Origin: a virus
Taxonomy: Duplodnaviria; Caudoviricetes
Length of the DNA: 64,000 nt
IMG/VR virus record: IMGVR_UViG_3300025652_000059
Span: 1,497-65,496 of that record
Strand: one strand, 5' to 3'
Shown here: positions 1-10,138 of the stretch, piece after piece
Numbering within the stretch: the first letter of the stretch is position 1
Layout: each line of letters begins with the position of its first letter
Position numbers and translations under genes: made by a program
Notes under the pieces: model-generated
What the model was told of the DNA's origin: nothing
Seen by the model: only the letters and a program-made list of their open reading frames with translations
Database searches by the model: none

Positions 1-886
1 TCATATCTCGTAGATACTGTTCTGCTTTCATCTTAGGCAGATTACCTACATCGATATAGAAAATTCTTCTTTCAGGCGCTCTAGATATTCTGTAAATAAC
101 TACAGCATCTTCCATCATTCTCAACTGATTCAGAGGCTTAGCCGCTTTATGTAAATGAGATACGACTAATGTATTATCTTCATTAAGCAAACCCGAATTA
201 GCATTTACAATAGAGTCTTTTGCAATCTTTAAACCAGCTAGTTCGTTACCCTGCTGTCCTAACTGATTGCCGGCCTGTCCCAGAAATCCCTTTTCACTAT
301 AGATGTAGTATTCATTCTTAACTTTCTTTGCTAAAAACTTACCATCTCGTGAAGACCCTTCTGACTTAGTTTCAAATTCTCTGACTTTACGAATCTTTCT
401 TGGATCGATATAACGCAACTCTTGAATACCTTTTCGGGGTTGCTTGATATCAATCATAACATGATAGTTGATTCTTCCATCAACATACCACTTTTGGAAA
501 GTGTCGTAACCAGTAGAAGAAAAGTCTAACAACTTCAATACAGTGTCAAACTCTTCTCTGATTTTCTTTTTGATGTTGTCAGCTAGATCGACATCATCCG
601 TAACACATTCAACAACCTTTTCATCCGATGAAATACTAACTGCCTCGTTAATAATATCATCTACTGCTTGAGAAACTTCTGGTTGCTGTAGCATTGATCT
701 ATATTTTTGCACAAGTTCTGCTTCTGATCTTGCACTACCAGCCAAGTCCAAATAGCTACTTGCGGCAGTACCTGTTGCCGCAATGTCAATAGAACCTTCT
801 TCTGCGCCCGCCTGAACAAAGGAGGGGATATTATTCTCTTCCTTTTCGGACTTGCGTTTGATTTCAAAACCAAATAATTCAGCCAT
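1..886 (-). CDS. gp20: portal protein, T4 gp20-like (5' part; runs off the window)
   Basis: Not in the ORF track. Read manually from ATG at 886: MAELFGFEIKRK...ELVQKYRSMLQQPEVSQAVDDIINEAV...FQKWYVDGRINYH...RYIDPRKIRKVR...EDAVVIYRISRAPERRIFYIDVGNLPK. Lies directly after gp19. Confidence 0.97.
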   Translation of the reverse strand, partial: MAELFGFEIKRKSEKEENNIPSFVQAGAEEGSIDIAATGTAASSYLDLAGSARSEAELVQKYRSMLQQPEVSQAVDDIINEAVSISSDEKVVECVTDDVDLADNIKKKIREEFDTVLKLLDFSSTGYDTFQKWYVDGRINYHVMIDIKQPRKGIQELRYIDPRKIRKVREFETKSEGSSRDGKFLAKKVKNEYYIYSEKGFLGQAGNQLGQQGNELAGLKIAKDSIVNANSGLLNEDNTLVVSHLHKAAKPLNQLRMMEDAVVIYRISRAPERRIFYIDVGNLPKMKAEQYLRDM

Positions 887-905
887 ATTTTATCCTCTAA
901 TTCTT

Positions 906-928
906 AGGGAGAGTTTATTCTCTCCCCT
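906..928. terminator. stem-loop between gp19 and gp20 (terminator or mRNA-stabilising hairpin)
   Basis: GGGAGAG-N6-CTCTCCC inverted repeat. No clear U-tract on the coding strand. Confidence 0.5.
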
Positions 929-947
929 TAAATTATCGTTATCAATT

Positions 948-1502
948 TTACTCGTTTGTGCCGCCGTCTCCGGTGACTCCACCAGAAACATTCCACCAGT
1001 CATACTGGAAGGTGACATCGAATCTTTCGATATCGTCAGTTGTGTTCCAATCCATAGTGATAGCACCGATGGAAGTTGGAAATAGTCCGTTAAAGTTATA
1101 AGTTCTTAAAGGTGCGCCAGTTTTTGAGTACTGAGTAATCTGTGCTTGATTCTTATATTCAGAAGCACTTGCACTACCTAACTGAGTTGTGTTTCCCTCA
1201 TGAGCATTGATGGATGCCATCCACTGCTCCATAGCGTTACGAATAAGGAAGTCCTCATCGTTAATGATAGTTACAGTCCACTCAGCGAATGTTCTATCGC
1301 CTGCTATCTTAACCTTACGACCAAAGTATGGAACTTCAATTGTTCCGATAGTAGCTTCAGGGATCTGTGCCGCCTGTACCATAAATGGTGTTTTAAGATC
1401 AGCAATTCCATTAATGGGATTGGTGATAGCTACTTGGAACAGGGATGCCTTAGCACCCCCGAAGGTCAATTGGCTTTTAATTTCATTGATGTTGAAAGCC
1501 AT
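948..1502 (-). CDS. gp19: tail tube protein gp19
   Basis: IEVPYFGRKVKIAGDRTFAEWTVTIINDEDF, FPTSIGAI and FDVTFQYDWW motifs; follows the sheath gene. Confidence 0.97.
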   Translation of the reverse strand: MAFNINEIKSQLTFGGAKASLFQVAITNPINGIADLKTPFMVQAAQIPEATIGTIEVPYFGRKVKIAGDRTFAEWTVTIINDEDFLIRNAMEQWMASINAHEGNTTQLGSASASEYKNQAQITQYSKTGAPLRTYNFNGLFPTSIGAITMDWNTTDDIERFDVTFQYDWWNVSGGVTGDGGTNE

Positions 1503-1537
1503 CTTTTTTATCTCCTTGTTTGTTGTCTAATTATTTA

Positions 1538-4021
1538 TTAAGCCGCACCAACGATCTCTGAGAACTCCACGCCTGTTCTAACGGCAACAAAGTTCAACTG
1601 GATAAAGTTGATTGAACGTGCTGGCTTGATGTAAATGTCGCCAACAAATTGGTTAGTGTCTATCACTTGAGGCGTATTGTTAGATTCATCACAGATAACT
1701 TTAAAGTCATAAATGCCTCGTCTACCTTGAACATCTCTCAAGAACGGTTCAACTAAGTTAACAAATGTAGCTCTAGTGAACTCATCGTTAAACTCGAATA
1801 ATGTTGACTTAGATGCTTGACTAATAGTCTTCTCAAGAACAATGAACAATCTACGGACATTGATTCTGTCGAATGCGCTAGTAGTGCCAGCAAAAGTCTT
1901 GTCACCAAATAGTACAGTGCCTTGACCTGGCTGAGTAATTACTGGATTAATACCATTCTTGTATAGTAAATCTCTCTGCGCTTTATTAGGATTAACTTTT
2001 AACTTAACAACATTCTTAACATTTCCTCTGCTGTATCCTGCGGGTGAGAACCATGGATCTCGTAGATCGTCTGTTCTAGCACACAAGCCAGCGATGTCGC
2101 CATTCAAAGGAACCCAACGATATACGTCAGAATACTTATCGTATTGGTATTTATATCCACTGTCAACGACTGCAAAACTACTTGCAGTTAAGTTGGCGAC
2201 AAAGGCTACTATAGAAGATGGAGTCATATTGTCTGCGTATGCAGGAGAAACAAATGCTACACAATCTCTACGAACTTCTACAATATTGTCGATGATGTAG
2301 TTAGAGAGTTCGTGTCCTGTCGCTCCTCGTGCTTTACCTTGAAGAACAAACGAGATATCTACATCAGCGGCATCTTTATAAAGATCATACGCTAAAGCTA
2401 GTTTACCGATTGGAATATCAGTCTCATCGTTACCATCACTACCACCAGTCAAAGCTGTAGCTGAAACAGCACCACTCAATGCGGCTGAACCTGCATCAGT
2501 CAACGAAATCCAGTCAGAAGATGATACAAGAACATCCGATAGGAAGTTTGTAGATCCGTCTGCACTTTTAGCACCTGCCGTTAGCGATACATTATCATAT
2601 CTTTCTATAACAGCACCAGCGGTGCCAGTAATTTTACCATCAGAATCCTTAACGACAACATGAACACTTCCTGTATCTGGAGCAGAGTCGAAGATGTCTG
2701 CATCGCCCCACTGCTTAGTGTACGCTCCACCAGTTATGGTAGTGATGCCTGTGTATCTCTCAATAAAGTTTGCTGTTGCAGTAACTGCGCCAGCTTTAGT
2801 TGTTAACTTATTGGTGCCTGCCGAAAGAGCAGTGATTTGTACGTTATTTTGATTACTTACAGAATAGCTGTTTGCTTTAGCAAGAGTATCTGCTAGTTTA
2901 AACATATTTGTTGCGCCACTAGTCTCTACACCAACTTGGGTTAATGTATAGCCAGTATTACCTGCGGCGGGTTGAGTAATATCAATAGCGTCAACACCAA
3001 TTGCAGGGACTTCAGAGTATAATTTAATCGCTGTTGTGCTTTCTACCTGAACCCAATACTTAGTGCCGTCTGCTAGATTATTGATAGCAGCCTGACTATT
3101 CGTGTTGAATATAACACGATCTCCAGTTGTGTAGCCGTGTGCAGTACCGAATGTAATTGTTTCATTTGTTGTAGAGACGGCATCGTAGTCGAATGATTTT
3201 GCGACATCTTCTACTGGGATAATGAAGTAGTTTTTATCGTCTACTAAACCAGCTAGAACACCACCAGTTGTTGCGTCATATACAACAGGAGTTCCTTTTG
3301 CAATGGTTTCGCTTGCGCCCAACTGAATAATACTCGTACCTAATGTGTCTGCGGCATCGTGTATATATACACCACCGTCAGTGTCAACAGTATGATCGTA
3401 AGAAGTTGGAGCGGCATCAGATTCAAATATAAAATCTGCGCCAACACCACCACCTGAAACCGAAGCATCAGCTTTTAGTGTCAAGCTTTGTTCACCAACT
3501 GTGATTACGTCACCCTTTTTGAGTGCTTGTGCTTGTGCTTGCGAGGCAAAACCGGTAAAAGTACCAGAACTATTACCTGAAGTGATATCGACAGTAGAAG
3601 TGCCAACTCTTGCGGAAGCGAATGATGTGCTATCGCAGTGAGATACTTGAATAGAATTTCCTAACTCGCCATAATACTTGGCTTTAAATTCATCAGCGCC
3701 ACCTTTAGTGGCGATAACAGCAGTATCACTTACTGCACGAGTTACGAAAAGTGCATCACTATAGCCTAAGAAATTGGCCGCTGTTAAAAATGTCTCATGG
3801 TTTGTCCATAAGTTTTCTGGAGCATATGCACCAGTATATCGGGTTGACGGCTCACCGAATCTAGAAACTAATTCTTGCTCTGAGGTAACTAAAATTCTTT
3901 CGTTGATTGGACCCCATCGAAATACACCTGCAATTGCCCCTTCGGTCGTTCCAACCGCAGGGGTAGCACTTGTTAGGTCGATTTCGCTGACGTTAATGCC
4001 TGGACTTGTTTGAAAGGCCAT
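1538..4021 (-). CDS. gp18: tail sheath protein gp18 with a large internal insertion
   Basis: SPGINVSEID, FRWGP, PWFSPAG, AFDRINVRRLF and IYIKPARSINFIQLNF. 827 aa, longer than T4 gp18. Confidence 0.98.
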   Translation of the reverse strand: MAFQTSPGINVSEIDLTSATPAVGTTEGAIAGVFRWGPINERILVTSEQELVSRFGEPSTRYTGAYAPENLWTNHETFLTAANFLGYSDALFVTRAVSDTAVIATKGGADEFKAKYYGELGNSIQVSHCDSTSFASARVGTSTVDITSGNSSGTFTGFASQAQAQALKKGDVITVGEQSLTLKADASVSGGGVGADFIFESDAAPTSYDHTVDTDGGVYIHDAADTLGTSIIQLGASETIAKGTPVVYDATTGGVLAGLVDDKNYFIIPVEDVAKSFDYDAVSTTNETITFGTAHGYTTGDRVIFNTNSQAAINNLADGTKYWVQVESTTAIKLYSEVPAIGVDAIDITQPAAGNTGYTLTQVGVETSGATNMFKLADTLAKANSYSVSNQNNVQITALSAGTNKLTTKAGAVTATANFIERYTGITTITGGAYTKQWGDADIFDSAPDTGSVHVVVKDSDGKITGTAGAVIERYDNVSLTAGAKSADGSTNFLSDVLVSSSDWISLTDAGSAALSGAVSATALTGGSDGNDETDIPIGKLALAYDLYKDAADVDISFVLQGKARGATGHELSNYIIDNIVEVRRDCVAFVSPAYADNMTPSSIVAFVANLTASSFAVVDSGYKYQYDKYSDVYRWVPLNGDIAGLCARTDDLRDPWFSPAGYSRGNVKNVVKLKVNPNKAQRDLLYKNGINPVITQPGQGTVLFGDKTFAGTTSAFDRINVRRLFIVLEKTISQASKSTLFEFNDEFTRATFVNLVEPFLRDVQGRRGIYDFKVICDESNNTPQVIDTNQFVGDIYIKPARSINFIQLNFVAVRTGVEFSEIVGAA

Positions 4022-4079
4022 TGTTGATTTCTCCTTGTTTATTTTGTAAGTTACAAACTTCTTTTATTTTCTATTTCTA

Positions 4080-4087
4080 TATTTATA
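4080..4087 (-). promoter_or_regulatory. T4-type late promoter (gp55 sigma) for gp18
   Basis: TATAAATA on the minus strand in the gp17-gp18 gap. Confidence 0.85.
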
Positions 4088-4098
4088 ATATTGAGAAC

Positions 4099-5724
4099 TT
4101 AGCTTAACCAACTATTATCGTCATCTGAGACTGCAATTAGATCAGCAGTATCACTATTCATGTCGTAGTCGTTGAATCCAATTGGTAGTAGACTCTCTGC
4201 CAACTCTTCTTCGTTTCTTTGTCTTAGGTTATTGACTGTGTTTATATTAGTGATCTCTTTAAAGAACATCTGATCAGTCATCCAAGCAAATAGCACTAGA
4301 CCCATGACTAGATCGTCATGACATCCAGATTCTGCTTCATAAGAGTTGCCTTTTCTAGAAAATGTAGAAAGTTCGTTAATCGTATCAAAGTCATTCAATA
4401 TCAACTGATCTTGTTCAACCAACATCTTGAGCATATTACATCCAACGGATTTAACTGCTTTTGTTGTTCGAATGCCCTTATCTGCTTTCTTTGAGAATCC
4501 TGTAGATATTCTTTTACCTGATCTACCTGCGGATTCTGTGAACATGAGTGTTTCCACTTCAAATTCGTAATGCAATGTCTCTGAGACTTGCTCACCTATA
4601 TCATTGACTTCCACTAATGTGTAAGCCTCATTATAACTCTTTATACTTCTATATATGATTTCAGCGTAGTCTATGGGTGTTATCATATTATCTTTAAAGA
4701 CGCAAACTTGTCTATAAGGCATTTCTGTAACATCAATAATCTGAAATGCTGAGTAATCTAATCCTTTACCTCTAGCCACATCGACTACACAAACATATGT
4801 GTGATCTTTCTGAGGCTTTTCATATACTTTCATGTGCTGTGTTTGACCAACTGGAGTTCTAGGTACAAGGTTCTTTAATTTACCACCTTCGATCAGAGTG
4901 CCAGATGAGCCTAAGAATCCACACTCGAACTCTTGTGAGAACTTCTGCGTATCTTGATCCATAGCCGCAAGAGTCTCTTTTCTCCATGCCTCATCTCGCC
5001 CCGGTACTCTTTGCCACGGCACTTCAACATACTCAAATCCGTTTGTGTCTAGCTTTGCTCCCTCACAAGTCTTATAGAAGTGATTCAGACCATTCGGTGT
5101 AGACGTATACAACATCTTTGTAGTCTTACCAGACGAAATCGTTGGGAATACAGAAGCAAAGAACTCATCCCAATTTTCCACGAATGCGGTTTCATCTATG
5201 TATAGAAACGATATAGATTTACCACGAATAGCACTCGATGAAGTTGAGCCTGCGATGATCTTACATCCGTTCTCAAACTCAACAGAGCCTTTGTTCCATT
5301 CAATAACGCCTTGTTGTAGCCACTTAGGAAGTGCTTCGTATGCAATCTTGATTCGATCTAGAATCTCACGAGCCGCATCACCTTTGTTAGCAAGTAAAGC
5401 ACAAGTCTTATGCTCATTAAATAGAACATAGTGTAGAATCACAGCAACAGCAGTTGTCGTTTTACCTGCCTGTCGTGAAGTTACCACGGCAACTCTTCGA
5501 TTATTGGTTATCTTCTCAACAATCTCTTTCTGATAATCATACATCTTGATTGGAATAAGACCCCTATCAACGTGTACAATTTGAATATACTTCTCAGAAA
5601 AATATGTAGGATTATTAGCGCACTTGATAAACTCGCCAACCATATCTTGGGTAAACTCAATAGGAGTACCCTTTCGCTTTAGATTGACGTTACCATTGTA
5701 GCCACGCTCTTGAACATTAGCCAT
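4099..5724 (-). CDS. gp17: terminase large subunit gp17
   Basis: Walker A SRQAGKTT, Walker B LYIDETAF, YTSTPNG, nuclease VDVARG...DYSAF and HDDLVM. Confidence 0.98.
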   Translation of the reverse strand: MANVQERGYNGNVNLKRKGTPIEFTQDMVGEFIKCANNPTYFSEKYIQIVHVDRGLIPIKMYDYQKEIVEKITNNRRVAVVTSRQAGKTTTAVAVILHYVLFNEHKTCALLANKGDAAREILDRIKIAYEALPKWLQQGVIEWNKGSVEFENGCKIIAGSTSSSAIRGKSISFLYIDETAFVENWDEFFASVFPTISSGKTTKMLYTSTPNGLNHFYKTCEGAKLDTNGFEYVEVPWQRVPGRDEAWRKETLAAMDQDTQKFSQEFECGFLGSSGTLIEGGKLKNLVPRTPVGQTQHMKVYEKPQKDHTYVCVVDVARGKGLDYSAFQIIDVTEMPYRQVCVFKDNMITPIDYAEIIYRSIKSYNEAYTLVEVNDIGEQVSETLHYEFEVETLMFTESAGRSGKRISTGFSKKADKGIRTTKAVKSVGCNMLKMLVEQDQLILNDFDTINELSTFSRKGNSYEAESGCHDDLVMGLVLFAWMTDQMFFKEITNINTVNNLRQRNEEELAESLLPIGFNDYDMNSDTADLIAVSDDDNSWLS

Positions 5725-6145
5725 CGTTATTTTTCATGTCCTTTAACAACTGCTGTAGTTCATTTGTCGAACCAACAAACAGATTGTTATTAGTAGTGAG
5801 GCCTTTGGGTGCTGTCTCAGCATTCTCCGACTCTACTTTAATCTTGTCAGTAGACATCTTAACGAGGTCTTTGTTTGCGTCAACAAGCGTCTTCATGATA
5901 GTCGATACGACTTCATATGCTCTCGGATGCTCTGATGCTTTTGCCACATCGAGCATTTGCTCTAACGCCTCTGTTCCAGATTCGATTACATTATAGAAGT
6001 TACTTCTAGCGTACTCATAATCTTTATTCATTTTGTCGTCAGTGGGAACTTCTGTTCTTTCAATTACCTTCCCTTCGACTACATCATTCAGAGGCTCAAG
6101 TCCTAGACTTTTACCTATTTCATCATTCATATTATATTGTTCCAT
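5717..6145 (-). CDS. gp16: terminase small subunit gp16
   Basis: DYEYARSN, SEHPRAYEV and NNLFVGSTNELQ motifs; upstream of gp17. Confidence 0.95.
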   Translation of the reverse strand: MEQYNMNDEIGKSLGLEPLNDVVEGKVIERTEVPTDDKMNKDYEYARSNFYNVIESGTEALEQMLDVAKASEHPRAYEVVSTIMKTLVDANKDLVKMSTDKIKVESENAETAPKGLTTNNNLFVGSTNELQQLLKDMKNNDG

Positions 6146-7127
6146 CTCCGTCTGAGATTATTGTCATTGCTTTCCAGTTATCTTCTTCATCTATTTGACT
6201 ATATGGTAGTGTTGCGAATGCGCCAGCGGGTGGATTAGTATTCGGATTTGCGGGTGCTGTGAAAGTATCACCAACTTTATATGTGACACCTGTTGTTGCG
6301 TCACCCGACACAAATAGATTCCAAGCCGCTTGAACTGCGGGTAGATTGATATTATCTAAATATAGACCACCTACAGTACCCATATCGTATATTTGGTATT
6401 GTACTCCTGCTGTAATCTGACTTACTGCTACAGGAACAGTAGGAGTTGCTTCAATATGTGTTCCACCAGTATTATCTACGAGTGATGGAAACATATTCAC
6501 GTTAGAGAACTTAATCTGCTTTTTCGCCACAGTCGGTGAGAAGAAGTATCCTTTCATCGTAAAGTTTAGTGTCCAAATCAATGCTCTTCTAGTTTGAAAG
6601 TCTGCTTCATAACTGTCTTCTTGAGATACGCTATTCAAGACCACAGGAATATCAACGTATCCCATGTCTTCTACCATTTGAACGCCTACAGTACAGTCTG
6701 GCTTAAAGAAAGGCAGTATCTGCTCGATAATCTTCATTCCATCTTCATTATACTTTGTCATAATGTTTAACTGAAACTCAATATCATATGGTGCAGGAGT
6801 AAACATTGTGTTCACACCACCACCTGAGAGTGGTGAACCTTTAACTTGTTTCGTTAGACTAGTCAACTTTCTTTCTGCACTATATGTCATACCTGTGATC
6901 TCAAAAGACATTCTAGGTAGAGTTATCGCATTAGGAGAGTTTAAGTTAGGGTCTTGCTCTAGTTTAGCCAAAAGCTTCTGCATAGGAGCGTAGTTAATGG
7001 GCACCTTCATCTTCTGTGTTGAAGTGCCAGCATTATTCTTTCTAGTGATCTCGATATCATTAAATAGCGTACCGAACACTGCTACATATCGCCTTGTGGT
7101 TTCGTGATAAAAGTGATTACCAAACAT
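6132..7127 (-). CDS. gp15: tail terminator / sheath stabiliser gp15 with a C-terminal extra module
   Basis: FYHETTRRYVAVFGTLFNDI, LPRMSFE and QILPFFKP motifs. Confidence 0.95.
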   Translation of the reverse strand: MFGNHFYHETTRRYVAVFGTLFNDIEITRKNNAGTSTQKMKVPINYAPMQKLLAKLEQDPNLNSPNAITLPRMSFEITGMTYSAERKLTSLTKQVKGSPLSGGGVNTMFTPAPYDIEFQLNIMTKYNEDGMKIIEQILPFFKPDCTVGVQMVEDMGYVDIPVVLNSVSQEDSYEADFQTRRALIWTLNFTMKGYFFSPTVAKKQIKFSNVNMFPSLVDNTGGTHIEATPTVPVAVSQITAGVQYQIYDMGTVGGLYLDNINLPAVQAAWNLFVSGDATTGVTYKVGDTFTAPANPNTNPPAGAFATLPYSQIDEEDNWKAMTIISDGDGTI

Positions 7128-8719
7128 TAGAATGAATCCTCGCCAAACGGATTTGAGTTACTGAAATCAACGAAATTGTCTGATCCAAGAGTGCTTTTAC
7201 CAAAGTCTTCAAACGCTTGATTGTCTGCAAGTGTGTCGACCTGCTCATCAATGACGATAGTATCCTTACCAGTTACTGCTACGCCAGAAGGATCAAAGCT
7301 TGCGACAACTTGTTGATATGGCGTGGCCTGTGTTTTACTATAAGCATTGAACTCAGTCATCGCACCCCATATAGTAACACTACGATCAACATCGTTATCA
7401 ATACTACTGATTCTAAACATAGGTTGACCATCAGTAAATTGCGTCCTAATTCGACCACTGCCATCGTCTGTTGTATTTGCGAATACAGCAATTCTCTGCC
7501 ACTCTGAACTTGATGGAATATCAATCTCTTCAACAACTTGTTGTGATACTTGACCAAATGCTTCCAGTTTAAGACCAGCATCAGCGTTCTTAACATATAT
7601 ACTCATTATCACACCATCTGGATTCGGGGCAGAAGCCATAGATTGCGATAAACGAGTGAAAACAGGTGCATTATTCCCTAAGAATGTTACTGTTGTAGCA
7701 TCTAGAGTTCCTCTAGGACTAGATACTCCTGTTGCAGTTACGTTTATATTGGTTTTTGTCCATATTCCCTGATCTAGACCTGCATTTATGTCGTTAGTAT
7801 AGAACATCTTATTATTACTCACGCCGTCTGCACCATTTAACGACTTATATTGATATGTGCCCGAAGTCTGGGGTGTAAATTTAACACAAGAGCCGGGATA
7901 GCCTGGATAATACACTTGATCGCCATTTCCTTGATATCCACCATCACCATCTTTATCGCTATATGTTACAACACCCTCTGCTTCAGTTGTTGTTCCATTA
8001 TTGTAGAAAGATAGTCTAGGAGAACTATAAAGATGTCGATTAGAGATATGACTTTGGTCGAATGTGTACTCTATACCCTTTTTAAGTTCTAATGCTTGAG
8101 CAGTATACGTTGTATCAGACGAAGAGTTGTCTCTAATGACGAACTGATATCCGTCAAGAATTTGCACTTCATATGTCGGTACAAACGTGTCGAAGTTTTT
8201 ATACAATTCATCGATGAATTTTTGACCAGTTCTAAATCTTTCGCCACTATATTCGAATAGTTCTGCACGAAGATCGTACATCTGGAGTGACCCCATCTGA
8301 TAGAAGATAGACTCATGCTCAACGTGTTGAATCTCAAATGCTTTATTATTGAGTGGAAGATAGATTAGATCGCCTTCCATAGGTCTAGTATTTGATGTAC
8401 GATATGCTCCTACTTCAGACTCGTATGTTCTTCTTGCGATTGTCATAGTGATTGAGTCTCGAATCTCAAGGCCAAACTTAGACAAGAAGTCTCCTTCGCC
8501 TTCAAATCCGTCAACACTCTTAACGTACATTTCTGCCATGTGCGCCTCACTGAATGTTGAGAGATCATCTTCATTGAGGATGTCGTCTTTGGCTACGAGA
8601 GTTCTTGGTATATACCAGACATCCATTCCGTAGATTTTTATCGACTCAATAACCAGATCCTCGATGAGCGTTTGCTCCATCGAGTTTTCAAAGTTCTCAA
8701 AATAATAATTCTTAGCCAC
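7127..8719 (-). CDS. gp14: neck protein gp14 carrying two inserted accessory domains
   Basis: EQTLIEDLVIESIKIYG, GFEGEGDFLSKFGL, RPMEGDLIY and C-terminal DFSNSNPFGE. 530 aa, about twice the usual length. Confidence 0.93.
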   Translation of the reverse strand: MAKNYYFENFENSMEQTLIEDLVIESIKIYGMDVWYIPRTLVAKDDILNEDDLSTFSEAHMAEMYVKSVDGFEGEGDFLSKFGLEIRDSITMTIARRTYESEVGAYRTSNTRPMEGDLIYLPLNNKAFEIQHVEHESIFYQMGSLQMYDLRAELFEYSGERFRTGQKFIDELYKNFDTFVPTYEVQILDGYQFVIRDNSSSDTTYTAQALELKKGIEYTFDQSHISNRHLYSSPRLSFYNNGTTTEAEGVVTYSDKDGDGGYQGNGDQVYYPGYPGSCVKFTPQTSGTYQYKSLNGADGVSNNKMFYTNDINAGLDQGIWTKTNINVTATGVSSPRGTLDATTVTFLGNNAPVFTRLSQSMASAPNPDGVIMSIYVKNADAGLKLEAFGQVSQQVVEEIDIPSSSEWQRIAVFANTTDDGSGRIRTQFTDGQPMFRISSIDNDVDRSVTIWGAMTEFNAYSKTQATPYQQVVASFDPSGVAVTGKDTIVIDEQVDTLADNQAFEDFGKSTLGSDNFVDFSNSNPFGEDSF

Positions 8720-8723
8720 GTTT

Positions 8724-9758
8724 TTATCCTATCATATCGACAGACGGTAGAGAGTAGCTATTAGACATTTCTTCTTCTAGCCTCTGTATCTCTTCTCGTG
8801 CATCGCTTAAAATTTGTTCTCCATTGAACTGAACACCACCAGGCAATGTCATGCCGTTGAACTTAGTGAGATTTGATCCCCACTGATATTTGATTTTTGC
8901 TGTTGCATAGTTTTGCAAGAAACGATCTTTCCACACATCTGAGTATGTGTTAGGATCTACAACTCCATATGCTTCTATTACGATATATTCCCCGACAGAT
9001 AGTGTGTCCCAATCCATATCTAACATAATTCGATCTTGATGTCGATTGTATCGCATGGGAACTTTACCAACCAACAGTTCTTCCATAAGCTGTAAATGAG
9101 ACATTGCCATCTGAAAGTTAAGTAACTCAGAGTTAACTATATTGTGTAGATTCTGAAGAACAAAGTGATACTTAGCATTAAAGATGCCTGATCCAATTGA
9201 AGTCGTAGAGTTAGGAGTAAAGACATTTACTGCGCCAATGATATTTTCTGGTACAGGAATATACTCTAGTTCGAACGCACCTTGATGAATAGAAGTAATC
9301 GCTGTAGCAGATCCACTAGTTGTGCTATCAACTTTAGTCATAAATGTATCGCTAGTAACATAACTACCTACATTGAATGTTCCGCTAGTAGGCTTTTTAA
9401 AGAATAGTCTTTTCTTACCGGCAGTGTTGTCTAAAGCAACAATAGTTGCGAATGCAGTTCCGACTGTAGAACCCGAATCGCCATTTGATACTTCTTTAAT
9501 CACATCTCCAACTTTAAAATGTGGATTATTGTCGGGATCAAGTTCAATGCTATCTGCGACAGTAACGCTAGAATTTGTCACTTGATACTTAACATAAGTC
9601 TTTTCAACACCATCGAAGTGATAGTCTTGATAATATGACAGTGCCTCATCAATGCGATCATCGACTTGATCATCATCGACATTGATCTCGATAACAGGTT
9701 TACCTAATTTTCTGAGGCAAAATTCTTTGAATTGTGTTTTGCTTGTTGGCTGTGCCAT
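8724..9758 (-). CDS. gp13: neck protein gp13
   Basis: CLRKLGKPVIEINVDDDQVDDRIDEAL and QWGSNLTKF...LPGGVQFNG. Confidence 0.96.
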   Translation of the reverse strand: MAQPTSKTQFKEFCLRKLGKPVIEINVDDDQVDDRIDEALSYYQDYHFDGVEKTYVKYQVTNSSVTVADSIELDPDNNPHFKVGDVIKEVSNGDSGSTVGTAFATIVALDNTAGKKRLFFKKPTSGTFNVGSYVTSDTFMTKVDSTTSGSATAITSIHQGAFELEYIPVPENIIGAVNVFTPNSTTSIGSGIFNAKYHFVLQNLHNIVNSELLNFQMAMSHLQLMEELLVGKVPMRYNRHQDRIMLDMDWDTLSVGEYIVIEAYGVVDPNTYSDVWKDRFLQNYATAKIKYQWGSNLTKFNGMTLPGGVQFNGEQILSDAREEIQRLEEEMSNSYSLPSVDMIG

Positions 9759-9790
9759 GTCTATATCCTAAAATTTGTTGGTATATTATC

Positions 9791-9798
9791 TATTTATA
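9791..9798 (-). promoter_or_regulatory. T4-type late promoter for gp13
   Basis: TATAAATA on the minus strand, ~35 nt upstream of gp13. Confidence 0.85.
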
Positions 9799-10138
9799 CT
9801 CTGTCTGCCACACTCAAGTTGAATGGATTATCTGGATCATAAAATTGTTTTACTGTACGTTTTACGTCTATAGATAGGAAATACGGGTCAAAATAACTTC
9901 CCACAACATTACCATTATCATCATAATATGTTTCACGCATCTCGATTACCTCTTGTGCAGGAACAGTCAAACCATCGATATAACTATCCCCATACTGTAG
10001 CCAAAGGGCGCCCACATTATTTAGAATAGTGCTTATGTTGTCCATTCTTTCGTTTAAGTCACCTGCATCAATTCTCCTATCGAAGTAATCTATGCTACCA
10101 TTATTCAAAACTGTTTTAAGTCGGTATCTAATACTCAT
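9794..10138 (-). CDS. hypothetical protein
   Basis: 114-aa ORF translationally coupled (TAATG) to the upstream ORF. Confidence 0.75.
   Translation of the reverse strand: MSIRYRLKTVLNNGSIDYFDRRIDAGDLNERMDNISTILNNVGALWLQYGDSYIDGLTVPAQEVIEMRETYYDDNGNVVGSYFDPYFLSIDVKRTVKQFYDPDNPFNLSVADRV

Noticed and set aside
1-5724. Inteins, introns or homing endonucleases in terminase, portal or sheath
   Set aside because: gp17 has normal length and continuous motifs. The gp18 insert has no intein termini or endonuclease motifs.
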